Assembly (NCBI RefSeq): GCF_001194135.2
Contig: NC_068982.1
Location: 114,708,026-114,772,025, forward strand
Reading direction: 5' to 3'
DNA from: Octopus bimaculoides
Taxonomy: Eukaryota
DNA length: 64,000 nucleotides
This document shows, piece after piece, positions 12,426 to 26,621 of the stretch. Below the pieces are notes generated by a model. That model saw only the letters and a list, made by a program, of their open reading frames with translations, did not search any database and had not been told where the DNA came from. Positions within the stretch are counted from its first letter, which is position 1, and each line of letters opens with the position of its first letter. A program made the position numbers and the translations under genes.

Positions 12426-15400
12426 TGATTTGTATAAGAATGGATAATATAACCGACTGCATTTTAAGATTCGTTTCACGTTCTCTATGTTATATTTCTA
12501 TCTTGCTTGCTTATATGTTTCATACAGTTTCTTATGTTTTCTTTTGGTCTTGTGATGTTCCGGTAATAAAACATTCTACTTCTCTGCCTTTAGATGAGAA
12601 ATACTAAATCGTATCTTCCCAGTCGCATCCATTGTTAGATTTATTATTTTACTGTGACTAAAAATTTGGATAAATTATTTTGAGAGCTAATCTAGAATTC
12701 AACATAGAACAGATTTATGTAATTAAGATAATTTAATCTTTATCTGTGTGCGATCTTTCTCGAAACGCAGAACTATTGGTTAATTTTCACTGGACAGCCA
12801 ACCATCATCCGCTATCTTTCAGGCTAACCACCTCTTGGTGCTTGACCTTTTTTTTTCTTTTCAAAGGGAAACGATTGCGTTACTCAACCTATACAACCAA
12901 CCTTTCCTCCTACCACCAAGGACACCAACTCTTCTGAGATAAATCGATTTATCATTTTTGATATACATTGTATAGTATGTATCGTTTCCTTAATTTGAAC
13001 TGTGGTAGATTGAATAAAGGATATTTTTTACTATCCGACGTAGACTTTCAAAATAGTTACACGCAGTTTTTGGATTTTGTAATTTTCTCTTCAATTTTTC
13101 ATTTTTCTGAATTTCATTTCTTAACACTGTAAACAGGAGGTTGATCTGGTTCTACTTTAGACTGCAGAAAAGACTGCAGAGTAAGAGAGAGGGTAAATGA
13201 ATGAAATAGAGAGTCTAAGTATTGCCTAGCAGAAATGAACAACGTCCTACGCATCCGTCACAGAGCAAATATTAAAAAGGAAAAAAAAAACGAGAAAATA
13301 TCAGAAGAATGACGAATGCAAGCGTCTGTGAATCTCCAAATCAAACATCACAAAGGCAAGAAAATTACTGGAGAAATGCTAATACAAGAGAATGTTAAAC
13401 TCCTGAGAAAGAAATAACTAAGTAAGAAACTGAAAGAAAATTCACTAACACAATGACGCTTCAAAAAAAAGAAACATGAAAGATGAGAAATTATTTCAAT
13501 ACAAAACAATTCATGAGTTTGAAATAGCAAGAATAGAAACTATTTAGGAAATATGGATGTTAAAATGTTCAAAATGTAATACAAAGATATAATGAAAGGA
13601 AAGGTTTCAAGCAACTCAGAAACAAATCGTAAATTCAATGTATGTTGTAGTAATAGAGGGAACTTGCAAAAACTAACACTTTTAAAATTCTTTTTCGTGT
13701 TTGCAATATTATATCTGAAACCAGTGCATTTGTAGTTAGGATGTTGTAAAATTCGAGGTTCTGAGAAAATTTTGACCAGTTTTCGTTTAGGTTGAAGTGT
13801 TTTATTATTAAATCCATATTATGTTTCTTTTTCAATAATATCCATTAATTTATGTCTGCTCCTAGCTGGTTGTTACCAATAATTTTAAACCATTTCCGTA
13901 CAAGAAATGACGAACTTATTTCTCGTAGGCAGTGTAACTTCCTCCTGTCTGATTCCGCTATTTTCTTAGAATTGTTCGTGCAGAGAAATAGAAATAGTAT
14001 AAATCACGCTGGATATATTCCTAATTGCAAAAGTTTTGATTTCAATTTTACTTCTTTTTTAATGATATTGCATTTTCCAGTTTTTCTTCGTTTAACTAAC
14101 GTAACACTTCATTATTACAGCAACCTTATTTCCATGGAATATTCCCCATACCTAGGCCTGATACCATCAAATGTTTTATAGGTTATACAGTTATATAGTT
14201 TTGAAATTTTCCCTCTAGTTGATTTCAATATTAGTAGCTTGTTTGCTAGTTTCTTTTTTTTTGGGGGGGGGGGTATTCTGCGTCTATATATTCTCATATC
14301 TATATCTATATTCTATTTCTGTTGTTAGAGGTGTTATTATTGTTGAATGTCTCTGTCAACTAATGGCAGACTAAAGATACTAAATCAGCCAATCGAGCAA
14401 TTTGTATATAGTGAATCGTCTCCCCGTGTGTAGTATATACTTTTGCGTAGGGAGAGTAGTTAAAAGGATGTAACTGTTTCAGGACAGTTATCTCAGAGAG
14501 TACGACGCTCGCTTAGCCAATACGGGAGACAATTCTCGTTACGTTTTGAAGGTTGTGGTCGTGAACGTAACATAGTCACCGTGAACGCGTTGTCTAAATA
14601 TTTAAAACTTGAAATTGTTTTACTGCACATTATCAATCAAGTGGCGAATTTGTTGAGAGCTGTGTTAATGTTACACTGAAGATATCAAGTGAAGTGGTTC
14701 TCTTTTGTGTTGTTACCGTCGTTGTTATGTTTGTATTTCGTGGGTTGCTTTTCCTTTTTATTTTCAGATATTACTACCGTTAGTTATGCACTTAATAAAA
14801 CATACTTTACAGGGAAGCATAGCATTGAATACTGTCTGTATTGTTTGTAACGCAATCAAAGTTTCACTCAATATTACCTATGAAATAACGTTTCTTATAA
14901 AAGAGCCACATTTACTTTCTTTCTGACACTGTCTGCATGAGATGGCCTCAAAGAACTCAGCATGCTGACATTCCATTCAATGTTCTATCGATTCCTTAAT
15001 AAATAGCAAGAAATTAATGCACTGCAATGAAATTTTGTAGACAGCCATAGGGTTGCATTTCTCAACAGATATTTATAAATGTTTCCTATTATATTTCAAT
15101 TGCTAAATATGAATCTATAATTATTGTGTGTGCGTGTGTAGTTTCGGATAACTACCTATGTTTTATGATCATGTGAGTATGTGTCATTTTGTCTCCATGA
15201 ATATGATTTAATATTTCTTTGGGTATTTTTATATAATCGTGCGTAAAATTATGAGTGAATTTTTCTTCGTGTATGTACATACATGGTTCGGTCTTTATAC
15301 CTATCTACAATGCATGTATAAGTGTATTTTCATACATACTAGTACTTCACGTTTGTCTATTAGATAAGTTATGAGAAGAATTTGTCTGCTTTATTCCCAT

Positions 15401-16489
15401 CTATTCAAAACTTCTTTAATATTCAATTTCTTTTGGCTGCTCGTCATACATAAAAGATATTTATATCTAGTTTTTTTTATAACTAAATATGATTCTTTTA
15501 TATGATAGTTAGTAGAAATTCTGTGTATTAGGCGTCTGGTCGGGAGTCTCATGATAATTGTTTATATTAAACTGCCGTCATATGGTGGATTTGACATATA
15601 ACATCCTCAGTAGATATGTTTTTAGGATAATACAAGATGTACATCATGATAATGTGTTTCTGTTCAAGCATTTACATGCATGTGTATGTTGCAATCTCTT
15701 GGAGTGCAGTTCGACTGCCTGTCTGTCAAAGTTGCGTTCTTGTAGTAGGATTGGACTGTTTTACAATCACACAGTTTGTAAGAAAGAACATTGATCCATC
15801 GGCGTGGTGGGGGAATTACAGCAGTTTAAATGCAACATTAACAGCATCAATCTCATCGGTCTTGATGTGACTTCAAAAGTCATGAGCAGTTCCCCCTTCC
15901 TTTAGACCAAGCCAGTAAAAAATGAAAATCATTAATTCTTCGGAAATGGTGAGCACATTCTTTTATAGTTGATGACGGCGTTTTCCAGACCTTCAGAATA
16001 AGTTGTTAGCAGACCAGAGTTTTGGCCCGAATGCTTGGAGCGTCATCATTTTTTTTTATTCTTAACGAATAGCAACTATATTTATAAATGTCATTTTATC
16101 TAATTGCCATTTCTATCTGTTTAACTTCATTTTAAATCTGTTTTGTGCTTAAATATATTTCTGGAGGTCGTTCGCTGTTACCACTTCTGTGGATAGCACT
16201 TCCTCTCGCTAAGCCAAAGGTGGCCATATTGAACTACAAATAAATGACGACAGATACATGTTTACTAAAATATATGCACGGAACAAGAATGTCTGAGGAT
16301 TAATATGTCGTTTCGATCCCAAGTTAACGGATGTAGACTCTCAGATATTCAGATGTGATTCGTTCATAAAAAGAAACCAATGCTGTGTCATCCAATAATC
16401 TTGGAAGAAAATATTTTCGATGCTGTGCTCAGTGAAACAGGGCCGTTCACAGGAAACGGCAATAACAATGTCAGCAACAATAATAATAA

Positions 16490-16685
16490 GGCCAGCAGTT
16501 TTAGGAAGGAGGGGCTAGTCGGTTACATCGACTCCCAGGGTTCAACTGGTACTTATTTTATCGATTTCGAAAGGATGAAAGACAAAGTCGACCTCAGTGG
16601 AATGTGAATTTGGAATATAAAGAACCGAAAGAAATGCCGCTAAGCATTTTGTCAGACGTGTTAACGATTCTGCCAACTTACCGCC
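16490..16685 (-). mobile_element. SINE family A
   Basis: Reverse complement of the family A body (GGATGAAAGACAAAGTCGACCTC...AATGCCGCTAAGCATTT). Confidence 0.75.
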
Positions 16686-18085
16686 ATAGTAATAGTATAT
16701 ATATATATATATATATATATANNNNNNNNNNNNNNNNNNNNNNNNNNNNNNNNNNNNNNNNNNNNNNNNNNNNNNNNNNNNNNNNNNNNNNNNNNNNNNN
16801 NNNNNNNNNNNNNNNNNNNNNNNNNNNNNNNNNNNNNNNNNNNNNNNNNNNNNNNNNNNNNNNNNNNNNNNNNNNNNNNNNNNNNNNNNNNNNNNNNNNN
16901 NNNNNNNNNNNNNNNNNNNNNNNNNNNNNNNNNNNNNNNNNNNNNNNNNNNNNNNNNNNNNNNNNNNNNNNNNNNNNNNNNNNNNNNNNNNNNNNNNNNN
17001 NNNNNNNNNNNNNNNNNNNNNNNNNNNNNNNNNNNNNNNNNNNNNNNNNNNNNNNNNNNNNNNNNNNNNNNNNNNNNNNNNNNNNNNNNNNNNNNNNNNN
17101 NNNNNNNNNNNNNNNNNNNNNNNNNNNNNNNNNNNNNNNNNNNNNNNNNNNNNNNNNNNNNNNNNNNNNNNNNNNNNNNNNNNNNNNNNNNNNNNNNNNN
17201 NNNNNNNNNNNNNNNNNNNNNNNNNNNNNNNNNNNNNNNNNNNNNNNNNNNNNNNNNNNNNNNNNNNNNNNNNNNNNNNNNNNNNNNNNNNNNNNNNNNN
17301 NNNNNNNNNNNNNNNNNNNNNNNNNNNNNNNNNNNNNNNNNNNNNNNNNNNNNNNNNNNNNNNNNNNNNNNNNNNNNNNNNNNNNNNNNNNNNNNNNNNN
17401 NNNNNNNNNNNNNNNNNNNNNNNNNNNNNNNNNNNNNNNNNNNNNNNNNNNNNNNNNNNNNNNNNNNNNNNNNNNNNNNNNNNNNNNNNNNNNNNNNNNN
17501 NNNNNNNNNNNNNNNNNNNNNNNNNNNNNNNNNNNNNNNNNNNNNNNNNNNNNNNNNNNNNNNNNNNNNNNNNNNNNNNNNNNNNNNNNNNNNNNNNNNN
17601 NNNNNNNNNNNNNNNNNNNNNNNNNNNNNNNNNNNNNNNNNGTGGTGGTGGTGGTGGTGGTGGTGGTGGTGGTGGTGATATTAGTAGTAGTAGTAGTAGT
17701 AGTAGTAGTAGCAGTAGTAGTGTTACGGGAGTAATACTGCGGTAATTATGTTTAATGCTATACTGCAGTGGAACATTTAGCACTCTTCTATTTCTATTCA
17801 TAAATACACTGATATTACAAAATATTGTTAAAATATGTAATTAAAACAAATTGATTGACACATTCTTTTAATTAGTTTATCTAAAACTGACCTTCTAAAC
17901 TATTGGCTCACCTCTGCTCAAACAATTGCCCGCCTAAGGAGAGGCAAAGTTGATGAGTGGATAAAGTAGAGTTTCTCAACGTTTTTGTTCCACGTCCAAC
18001 AACGACTTTGTGAAAAAAGACATGCGCCCCACCATATACAGATTAAGTTAGTATTATAATATATAATGTAATATTTTGTGTGTGT

Positions 18086-18483
18086 AAGGCGGCGAGCTGG
18101 CAGAAATGTTAGCATGCAGGGCGAAATGCTTCGCGGTATTTCGTCTGCCGTTACGTTCTGAGTTCAAATTCCGCCGAGGTCGACTTTGCCTTTCATCCTT
18201 TCGGGGGTCGATAAATTGAGTACCAGTTACGCACTGGGGTCGATGTAATCGACTTAATCCGTTCGTCTGTTCTTGTTTGTTCCCTCTATGTTTAGCCCCT
18301 TGTGGGCAATAACGAAATAGGTATTTCGTCTGTCTTTATGTTCTGAATTCAAATTCCGCTGAGGTCGACTTTGCCTTTCATCCTTTCGGGGTCATAAATT
18401 AAGTACCAGTTGTGTACTGGGGTCGATCTAATCGACTAGCCCTCTCTCCAAAAATTTTGGGTCTTGCGCCTAGAGTAGAAAAG
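18086..18483 (+). mobile_element. SINE family A, dimeric (body duplicated, two different tails), with TSD
   Basis: The core TTCTGA(G/A)TTCAAATTCCGC(C/T)GAGGTCGACTTTGCCTTTCATCCTTTCGGGG occurs twice. Flanking repeat AATATTTTGTG at 18070-18080 and 18484-18494. CpGs are intact. Confidence 0.85.
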
Positions 18484-18490
18484 AATATTT

Positions 18491-18535
<45 letters not shown>

Positions 18536-19360
18536 ATATATCTAGTTTTTTTTTATTTGCAACTAATATGGAGAGTTTGTGTCCTCATGATTCAAGTTCC
18601 ACACCAATGTAACCTTCAGGTGAGAACAGTGGCATAAAAGTCGAATCACGAAACAAACTCTCCATTTCAGTTTCCATTAAAAAAAAAAACATACGGTCTA
18701 CAACATATACTGAATACTCTATCTCATTCGCACCACATAAACAAACGTACGTATAAGTTTGCATGTGTGCGCGCGAGTTCGTGTTTTTTAAATATTTTTA
18801 TAAAGTTAGAAACATGCAAGTTATAAAAATTAATAATACAGGTTGATGATTAGTACTATTACCTGGTATTTCAATATTTCATGTGTAGAACCCCTTCTTC
18901 AGGAAATTAAACGAGAAAAGATGTTAATTGTTGATGTCTCTGCTCTGCAGCGTGTGTATGAAGCGCTGCTTTGCGTTGCTCTAGTATCCAATCAACTGCG
19001 TGCAATTCAGATCTGTTATTAATTCTCGGGCTGCACTTGTTAATTAAAATAGCTTCTTTTATTCTCAAATTTCCAATGTTTTTTTTTTCTGTGGCTTCAA
19101 TAAAAACTTGGATGATTTGACTGTGGCATTTGCGTTGGTGCTTTTTGATGAAAGAAGTATTAAAATGGAAGTTTTCTCCAGCCCATATGTAAACTTGTCT
19201 GTTGATACTTCCGATGTAGAAATTATTACATTTGCTTCACGTGATCTATGCACCACGTTGAACTGCAGATATATTTTCATCTTTGATCAGGCAGTTAGAA
19301 AATGTGAATATGGTGTTGTTTTGTCTTTGCTCGTTGTTAGTTAGTGCGCTAGTCATGTAT

Positions 19361-19720
19361 TCAATTGCTCTGTGCGGATCTCACAGCGGGTTTCAGCAGT
19401 TGTTTTTCACTAAAATGTAGCAGTTTCAGAAAACACATGTTATCCCCGGGTGCATAGGTTTTGTTAGATGGTCTGGTCATATCCTGGCGCTTAGTGAAAG
19501 AGTATGGATAGCCACAGTATAAAGTATATACATAGCCATAGTCCATCAGAACTTTTCGGAATTGTATAGTATTGGTGTTTTTGCTTCCTGCCTTGTTGCA
19601 CATACTGCATATCCTGTGGATCTCATTTCTGATGTAGACCATCTTAGCTCTGGTGAGCAGGGATGAATTACAATGTACAAATAGGCTCCTATATGCCGCT
19701 TTCTGTAAAAGTTTGTGCAA
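19361..19720 (-). mobile_element. Penelope-like element fragment (RT C-terminal region)
   Basis: ORF-track peptide ...LFVHCNSSLLTRAKMVYIRNEIHRICS...FRKVLMDYGY...FLKLLHFSE resembles the PLE thumb/linker pattern (H.S.H....K...I...I.R...ICS...L..NGYP...KLPY). Motif resemblance only. Confidence 0.5.
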
Positions 19721-20711
19721 ATAGATCTGTTCCCTGTGATTTTGAATTCAAAATCAAGTATTAACCGGTATTAATGGGATGCTCCACCTCAAATTTTATG
19801 AGTGAAAGAGACCCTGTGGTTCTCCATTTGGGGAACTTACATGTTCTAGAAGTATTATTCTTGCAAAATACTTAGGCTTAACGGCCTGCCAGGCAGCTCT
19901 GTCGCTTGACTTTTAGAGGCCCCCTGCAACTTTTTGTTTCGAGGCCTCATCCTTTCCATCAAAATTCATAATCTACGCACCTCTTATTCATAGCTATATT
20001 TTTTCTTTATTCTATCTGAAGTTCAATATTTTACGTTATCCTAAAGAACATCTTTAAAAGTACAACACGTTAAATTTATTTAGATCTATTACAAATTTCA
20101 ATAAGTAAAACTTCCAGATATGAATAAAAGAGCACTTTTATAATCCAGACAATTTTCAAAGACAAACACGGCGCACATTTCGCTTCGCGAAATCATCGAT
20201 CAGTTCAGAATAATGAAGCTGAGTGCTAAGTTCGTGTTCAATAGATATCATAGACAATCCACAAAGTCTGGTACATGTTCGTGGTACAACGTAATATTTT
20301 TACAAGAACTTTTTCAGGTACAATGTATTACCATTTCATTTCTTGAAATTTTCAGTTAGCAGTTTAATTCTTGTTCAACATCTTAACCAAAGTAAATTGA
20401 TGACTCATCTCCGTAAATTGATGACTCATCTTAACATAGGACCCCTTAACCGCGGAGGACCCCTGCAACCGCAGGAGTTGCCGGGGCTTAGCGACGGCCA
20501 GGTAGTTTGCTAGCCAGCATCTTAAGGTGGAGTCGTGTACGATTTCTACGAATGAATGACGGGTAACGGAGACGAAATCTTTTCTAACGCCGATGGTAGT
20601 TAGAACGGTGTGTGTGAAAGGGCTTTTGCCGTTGAAGTCATATTATATTATTTGTGTTAGGTTTGTGTGCAGTAAAGTGATTGATATGTACTAACGTATT
20701 CTTTGTGGCAG

Positions 20712-20830
20712 TCTTTGACAACAGAAATTATAATATATGTCGCTTACAGATTGCACGAAAATTACCATTCCTTAGCGTGTCATCCAGATTTATTATATGA
20801 TTATAATGAATGTCCCAGAGAGAGATTCAG
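20712..20830 (+). other. possible isolated exon (119 nt)
   Basis: TACTAAC at 20689-20695, acceptor ..CTTTGTGGCAG, donor CAG|GTAAAG, and one frame open. No recognisable protein. Confidence 0.2.
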
Positions 20831-21314
20831 GTAAAGGTGAAATCATTCTAACCCAGCCATCAAACAAATGAGATTGAGTTTATACAATCCGAAATAATGT
20901 ACGAGTTTTTTTGCTTTTCTTTTTTCTTTTTTTTTGCTTCATTTTTTGTGATTTTTGTATACGAAAGTGAATCTGCTTCAAGTAATACCAAGAAATTTCA
21001 TTTCTATAATACACTGAATATTAAACAGAACATTGTTTAAACAATTGTGGTATGTTGATACTCGACTGTGGACATTAAATGATGTCAAGAGAAATAACTC
21101 CACAAATATTTGCTCTAACGTGAGATTATTTTATGATAGTGTACAAGTAATAAACAGAGAATAGCAATTTTTTTATGTCAATGTCTTTGCATAAACTGGC
21201 GGAAGTACTGGTCTGAGACTGGAATTTCTAACATTCATGAATTAAAGATATAAAACTATAAACTCTATGGCGTGGCGTCATGTAATTGTTTCAATTCTTA
21301 AAGGGATTGTAACA

Positions 21315-21344
<30 letters not shown>

Positions 21345-21345
<1 letters not shown>

Positions 21346-21980
21346 GTGGCTCTGATGCAGTACCAGGCAGTGGTAATGCCCTGATGCAGTACCAAGCAGT
21401 GGTAATGCCCTGATGCAGTACCAGGCAGTGACTGTGCCCTGATGCAGTACCAGGCAGTGGTTCTCATGGCTTCTGATCTTAACTGATTGGAAGTGTTATC
21501 ATGTACATTGTTTTGTCTTTGTATAAAAGATGGGCTACAGCAAATACTATGCTCAACACTACAGATTTGCTTGTCAGCTGTTTGACCTTAACCAGTTGAG
21601 CATGTCCCTTTGTGGATGACGACATACGCATCTCTGATCACGAGCAGAAGTAGTGAGGGAGCATCATAGCCATGTGTTGAAAGGAATTCTTTGGGGTTTG
21701 GATAATTCACCTTTGGAAACATAGGTGCTTTGTTCAACATCCTTAAACAACCCTTATTCATGGACTTTTTGAGCGGGATGGGCTACTCGACCTGAAGAAA
21801 ATTCTAACTGGGTCCCACCTGTAAGGTCATGTGCTGCTTATCTTGATATGAGCTAACTATGTCGCGCACATATGCTTGTGATGCATGTGCCTGGTGTACT
21901 CTTATCAGATGGGTAGTCATGATGGGTATACTGGAATTCGTATAATTTACCCCAGTGTCACTTTGATGGCATGCACTCAA
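21345..21980. mobile_element. interspersed non-coding repeat embedded in (AAT)n, with four 29-bp subrepeats at one end
   Basis: (AAT)n on both sides. Unit GCCCTGATGCAGTACCAGGCAGTGGTAAT x4 at 21349-21464. No ORF. Confidence 0.55.
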
Positions 21981-22152
<172 letters not shown>

Positions 22153-24245
22153 ACAATAGTACAGAAGGCGATGGTAGGTTGTTGGTGATGCTGCTGCTGC
22201 TACCGCCGCCGCTGCTATTTTCTAATCTCAGGTCAAACCTGATTGAGTAGACCTATGAGCAAAAGCATTCCAACCGTTAGTATCCCGCTCCTTTCCTGTA
22301 TACCAGAAACGCGTTATACAAGATATTTCTTTTCTAGGGTGTTAGGGTATCTTTGGAAGGAGATTTGGCTGCTATTTCTAGCAAAGTGGGAGACTACAAA
22401 GACGTCCCCTCGAGTGTTGTGGGTTAGTAGACTCGGTAGAGTGTGAGATAAAAAAAAAACTTGCGGTCTTTAATTACAACCTCTTACATTCTAAGTTACA
22501 ATTCCACCGAGGTCAACTTCGCTTGTCGTCCAACTGGGATTAATAAAATAAAGTACCAGTCAAGTGCTGAGGTCGTATTATAGAGATGGTGGTGAGGTGA
22601 GATGCTGCTGTTCTAGTTGCTGGTGATAATGTCGGTGATGTGGCGGTGATGGTATCGTTATGGTCGTTGTTGCTTTTATAGTTGTTTGTTCCCAGCGGAC
22701 CTATGATCAATAAAGTTCCAAATACAACCACCTTTTGTCAGTACGCTCTTTTTCCAAGAAGATGAAGTGAGGTTTAGGAGTGATTTGGCTGCTATATTCA
22801 GCAGATTGAACGTTGTATATTTGCGCAGTAAGACAAATGAAATACATCGAGCGAAAAACCTGAACCGGATCTTGGCAAAACTCTATGGTGCCTTTGTTGA
22901 TTGTATAAGATATTCAACAGTAATGCGTGGATAACTCTCGCTCAACGAGACGAAAGGTTGGAGAGAAATATCACTGCACGAGTAAGTCCACCTACATCTA
23001 TGTAAAGTATCTCAGGTGAAACGACTTTTATCTTACCACTTTTAAGTAGTTGCAATGCAGAGTGACGAGCAATGCATTGGATTTCACTCTTCTTTCTTAC
23101 TATTTGTCTTTCTTTTTTCTGAAGTGGGAAATTCAGCCGTAATAGACATGAGCCGTATCAAGCAAGAGAGGTTTGTTTCTTATCGACCTAATGTTGCAGA
23201 AACGAAGATAAGCTTCGTCCCTGTGGATCCAGCTGGTTCACGAAAGGCTTTGCAAGTTAGCTTCTCTCTGGAGATTAAACTCATCAAAAAATTTTGAAAG
23301 ATACAGATGTGTGGTACTGTTAATAACAGCTTGTTATGTTTTGTGTCTGTAGTTTTCGAAGTTGCATTTTTCCATTTATACAATTTTTGGAATACGGATT
23401 TAACAACTTGAAGCTCGAAAGGTAAAGTAAAAAATGTACCACTTTTAAAACCAGATTCCTGGTTACAGGCAGTGTAATGCCGTGTTTATCATAAAAGAGG
23501 ATTAGTGCTGGCGAGATTGTCAGGATTAAAAAGTGAGAGGACAATTTACCAAGTTTAATAAGTATAAATTGGCTTCAACTCTTTTTTTATTGTATCTCTG
23601 ATGAAATACACTGCCTTTGTTTCAATTGATTTTGAAAAGAACGTGGTGTTTCGAACATAAATTAGCCCGAAATTTTAAGAGAAGATTTAAAACAGTTAGT
23701 TTGCTTAAAAACAGTAAGTTTTATAGAACCAAAGGCGGTCCACAAGTAGGTTGGTAAATATGTTCAACACCATGGCGAAAAAAGAACAATGATATAGAAG
23801 CAATCCCTATCGTTTTCTCATTAGTAATGTGACGGGGATGATCAGATTTTTCACCTATATTTGCCGGCGGTGGTGCTGGGTATCTATCAATTTGCGAACC
23901 ACAGGTGAAATGTACTGTAACTAAAATCACATACTACGATCCCGAGGTAATGACATTATGCTGCTACCTGTATAACGTCATGTTACAGTGTAATTACACT
24001 ATGTAATTACACCTGTAGATGACGTTTTGTCATAGCAGTGACATTACGATGCTCTCCATATGACACCATGTTACTGTGTAATACGGATACATTGATATCT
24101 GTATATGACGTCATGCCACAAGATAATGACACGATGTTCATATCACAGCATAAAATCATATCACAACCTAGTGACAAAACCTCATATAGTAACACAACAT
24201 CGATAGCTGTATCGTAAGCTATGTCACAATATAATAACACGCGCT

Positions 24246-24460
24246 AAAGCGGCAAGCTGGCAGAATCGTTAGTACGCCGGGCAAAATGCTTAGCGGCATT
24301 TCGTCCACCTTTACGTTCTGAATTCAAATTCCACCGGGGTAGATTTTGCCGTTCATCCTTTCAGGGTCGATAAGATAAGTATCAGTTGAGAACTGGGGTC
24401 GATTTAATCGACTCACACCCACCTCCTCGAAATTGCTAGCCTTGTACCAGAATTTGAAAC
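24246..24460 (+). mobile_element. SINE family A
   Basis: AAAGCGGCAAGCTGGCAGAATCGTTAG...GAATTCAAATTCCACCGGGG...CCTTGTACCAGAATTTGAAACC. Confidence 0.8.
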
Positions 24461-24886
24461 CATTATAATAGCACTCGTAATAACACTTGTACAAATTTCT
24501 GTATATGGTATATCAAGTCGTAATGGCACTACATCGGTCTCTGAATTGACGTTATATCATGACGTAATGGCATACAGCTATATCTGTATCTGACGCTATC
24601 TTATGTCGTACTGACACTGATACTAGTATCTGACCTCAATAAATCTTAAAACTCTAATAAACGTCACGGAACATTATTCCATTTTTTTCATTAGCATATC
24701 GCCCCATTGGCCTATTGGTTCTTTCTTGACTCGATCCCCAGATTCAATACATTTTGCCACGAAGCTTTCATATATCTCTGATATTGTTATATTCTTTTTA
24801 TTTATTGAACATTCGATTTTTTTTTCTCATACTTAATTTCAATCTGAATCTTTATTTACATCTATCTGATCTGCCTTTCCCCCTTC

Positions 24887-24921
<35 letters not shown>

Positions 24922-25163
24922 TATATATATATTTATATATATCATATTTATATATACGTACATACATAAGCACGCGAAAGCGCGCGCGCACACACACATG
25001 TACGTATATATACACATGTGTGCACACATATATACATAGATACATACATAACACATTATTTTCGATTCATATCTATATTAGATACTTTATTTATAACATG
25101 ACTAATTTGCATCATTCATGCTTCACTATTTTCCCCGAGTTATACATACATACTTATATATAT

Positions 25164-25208
<45 letters not shown>

Positions 25209-25216
25209 TGTGTGTG

Positions 25217-25262
<46 letters not shown>

Positions 25263-25435
25263 TATGTGTGTGTATCACTGGGTGTATACATATATATATA
25301 TATNNNNNNNNNNNNNNNNNNNNNNNNNNNNNTATATATACACATATATATATATATATGTATATCATATATATATATATATACATATATGTCTATATAT
25401 ACATATATGTACGTATATATATCCATATATACATA

Positions 25436-25475
<40 letters not shown>

Positions 25476-26526
25476 ACACAGTAGTGTATAATTTCTTTCC
25501 ACCATTTTTCACTCTTACATCATAATTCTTTCTAATTGCCTTTTGATGTTCGCATAGAATCCCTTTGGAATTTTACCATCTCTTTCATTTGCAGTCCACT
25601 ATCTCGTTAGGGCTTTGACTCAAGTGATACTACTGAATAAAGAGTTGTGGAATAAACCGAAAGTAAGAAGATTCGTCGATATTTTTGTTGTTGGTGGTGG
25701 TGTTGTTGAGAGGGTGTTGTTGTTGTCACTGCTGTTATTTTTGTTTTTGCTTTTTGTGCTTGGTTTGTTTGTTTGTTTGTTTTTTGTTTTGTTTTTTCTT
25801 TCTTGTTCTAAAATGGTTATGTTCAGTATGAAACAAATTATTGAGACTTCGATATTTACAGAAAATTTACGCAAAACAAGTAAAGAATTGTGTTTTTATA
25901 ACATAGTGCTGTAAATATATCTATAGGTTGTTGTTTATTTTCTTTTTCTACCATAAAATAGACGAATGTAAAACTTGCTGTGAGGAAAATAGCATATGAA
26001 GGTAATTTTCACTGGACTACAATTATATCTTTATAATCAACATTTCGGGACATGCACATGTACGCAAATGCATGCAAATGAACCCAAAATGATAACCAAA
26101 TATCTAAATATTTCCCTTTGTCATAGAAACGTCATATTCAAAGAAAATGTTATGTTTATTAATCCTTTAGTTTGCTTTGGGTTGTTGCTGTTGTTCTTGT
26201 TCTTGTTTTGCTTTGAGAATACTGAATCTAAAATTAGAGAAACTTGCCTGGTCTTTAATCTCTTATGCGATTCTTTTGCTTTGCATACTGCCAATTGGTC
26301 GCTTGCTGATTTCAATTATGTGGAGAAGAAGGTAAAGTAAATAAATAGAATCGTTATGTTGTGTTTTTGCCGCAAGGCAAGCCCAGGGCTAAGATGATCT
26401 TTTAACCAACAAATATGTCTTTAACGTTTCATCTTGGTATCCATCATATCTCATTCATATCTATTTTACTTTTAATGGCTGCCATAGAGTAGAAGATGAG
26501 CAGTTTCCAGTCCGTAAATCCGTAAT

Positions 26527-26621
<95 letters not shown>

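Noticed and set aside
21349-21464. 29-bp repeat x4 as a CRISPR array
   Set aside because: The units are directly adjacent with no unique spacers, there are no cas genes, and the context is eukaryotic. The same applies to the 30-bp repeat at 29320-29423.
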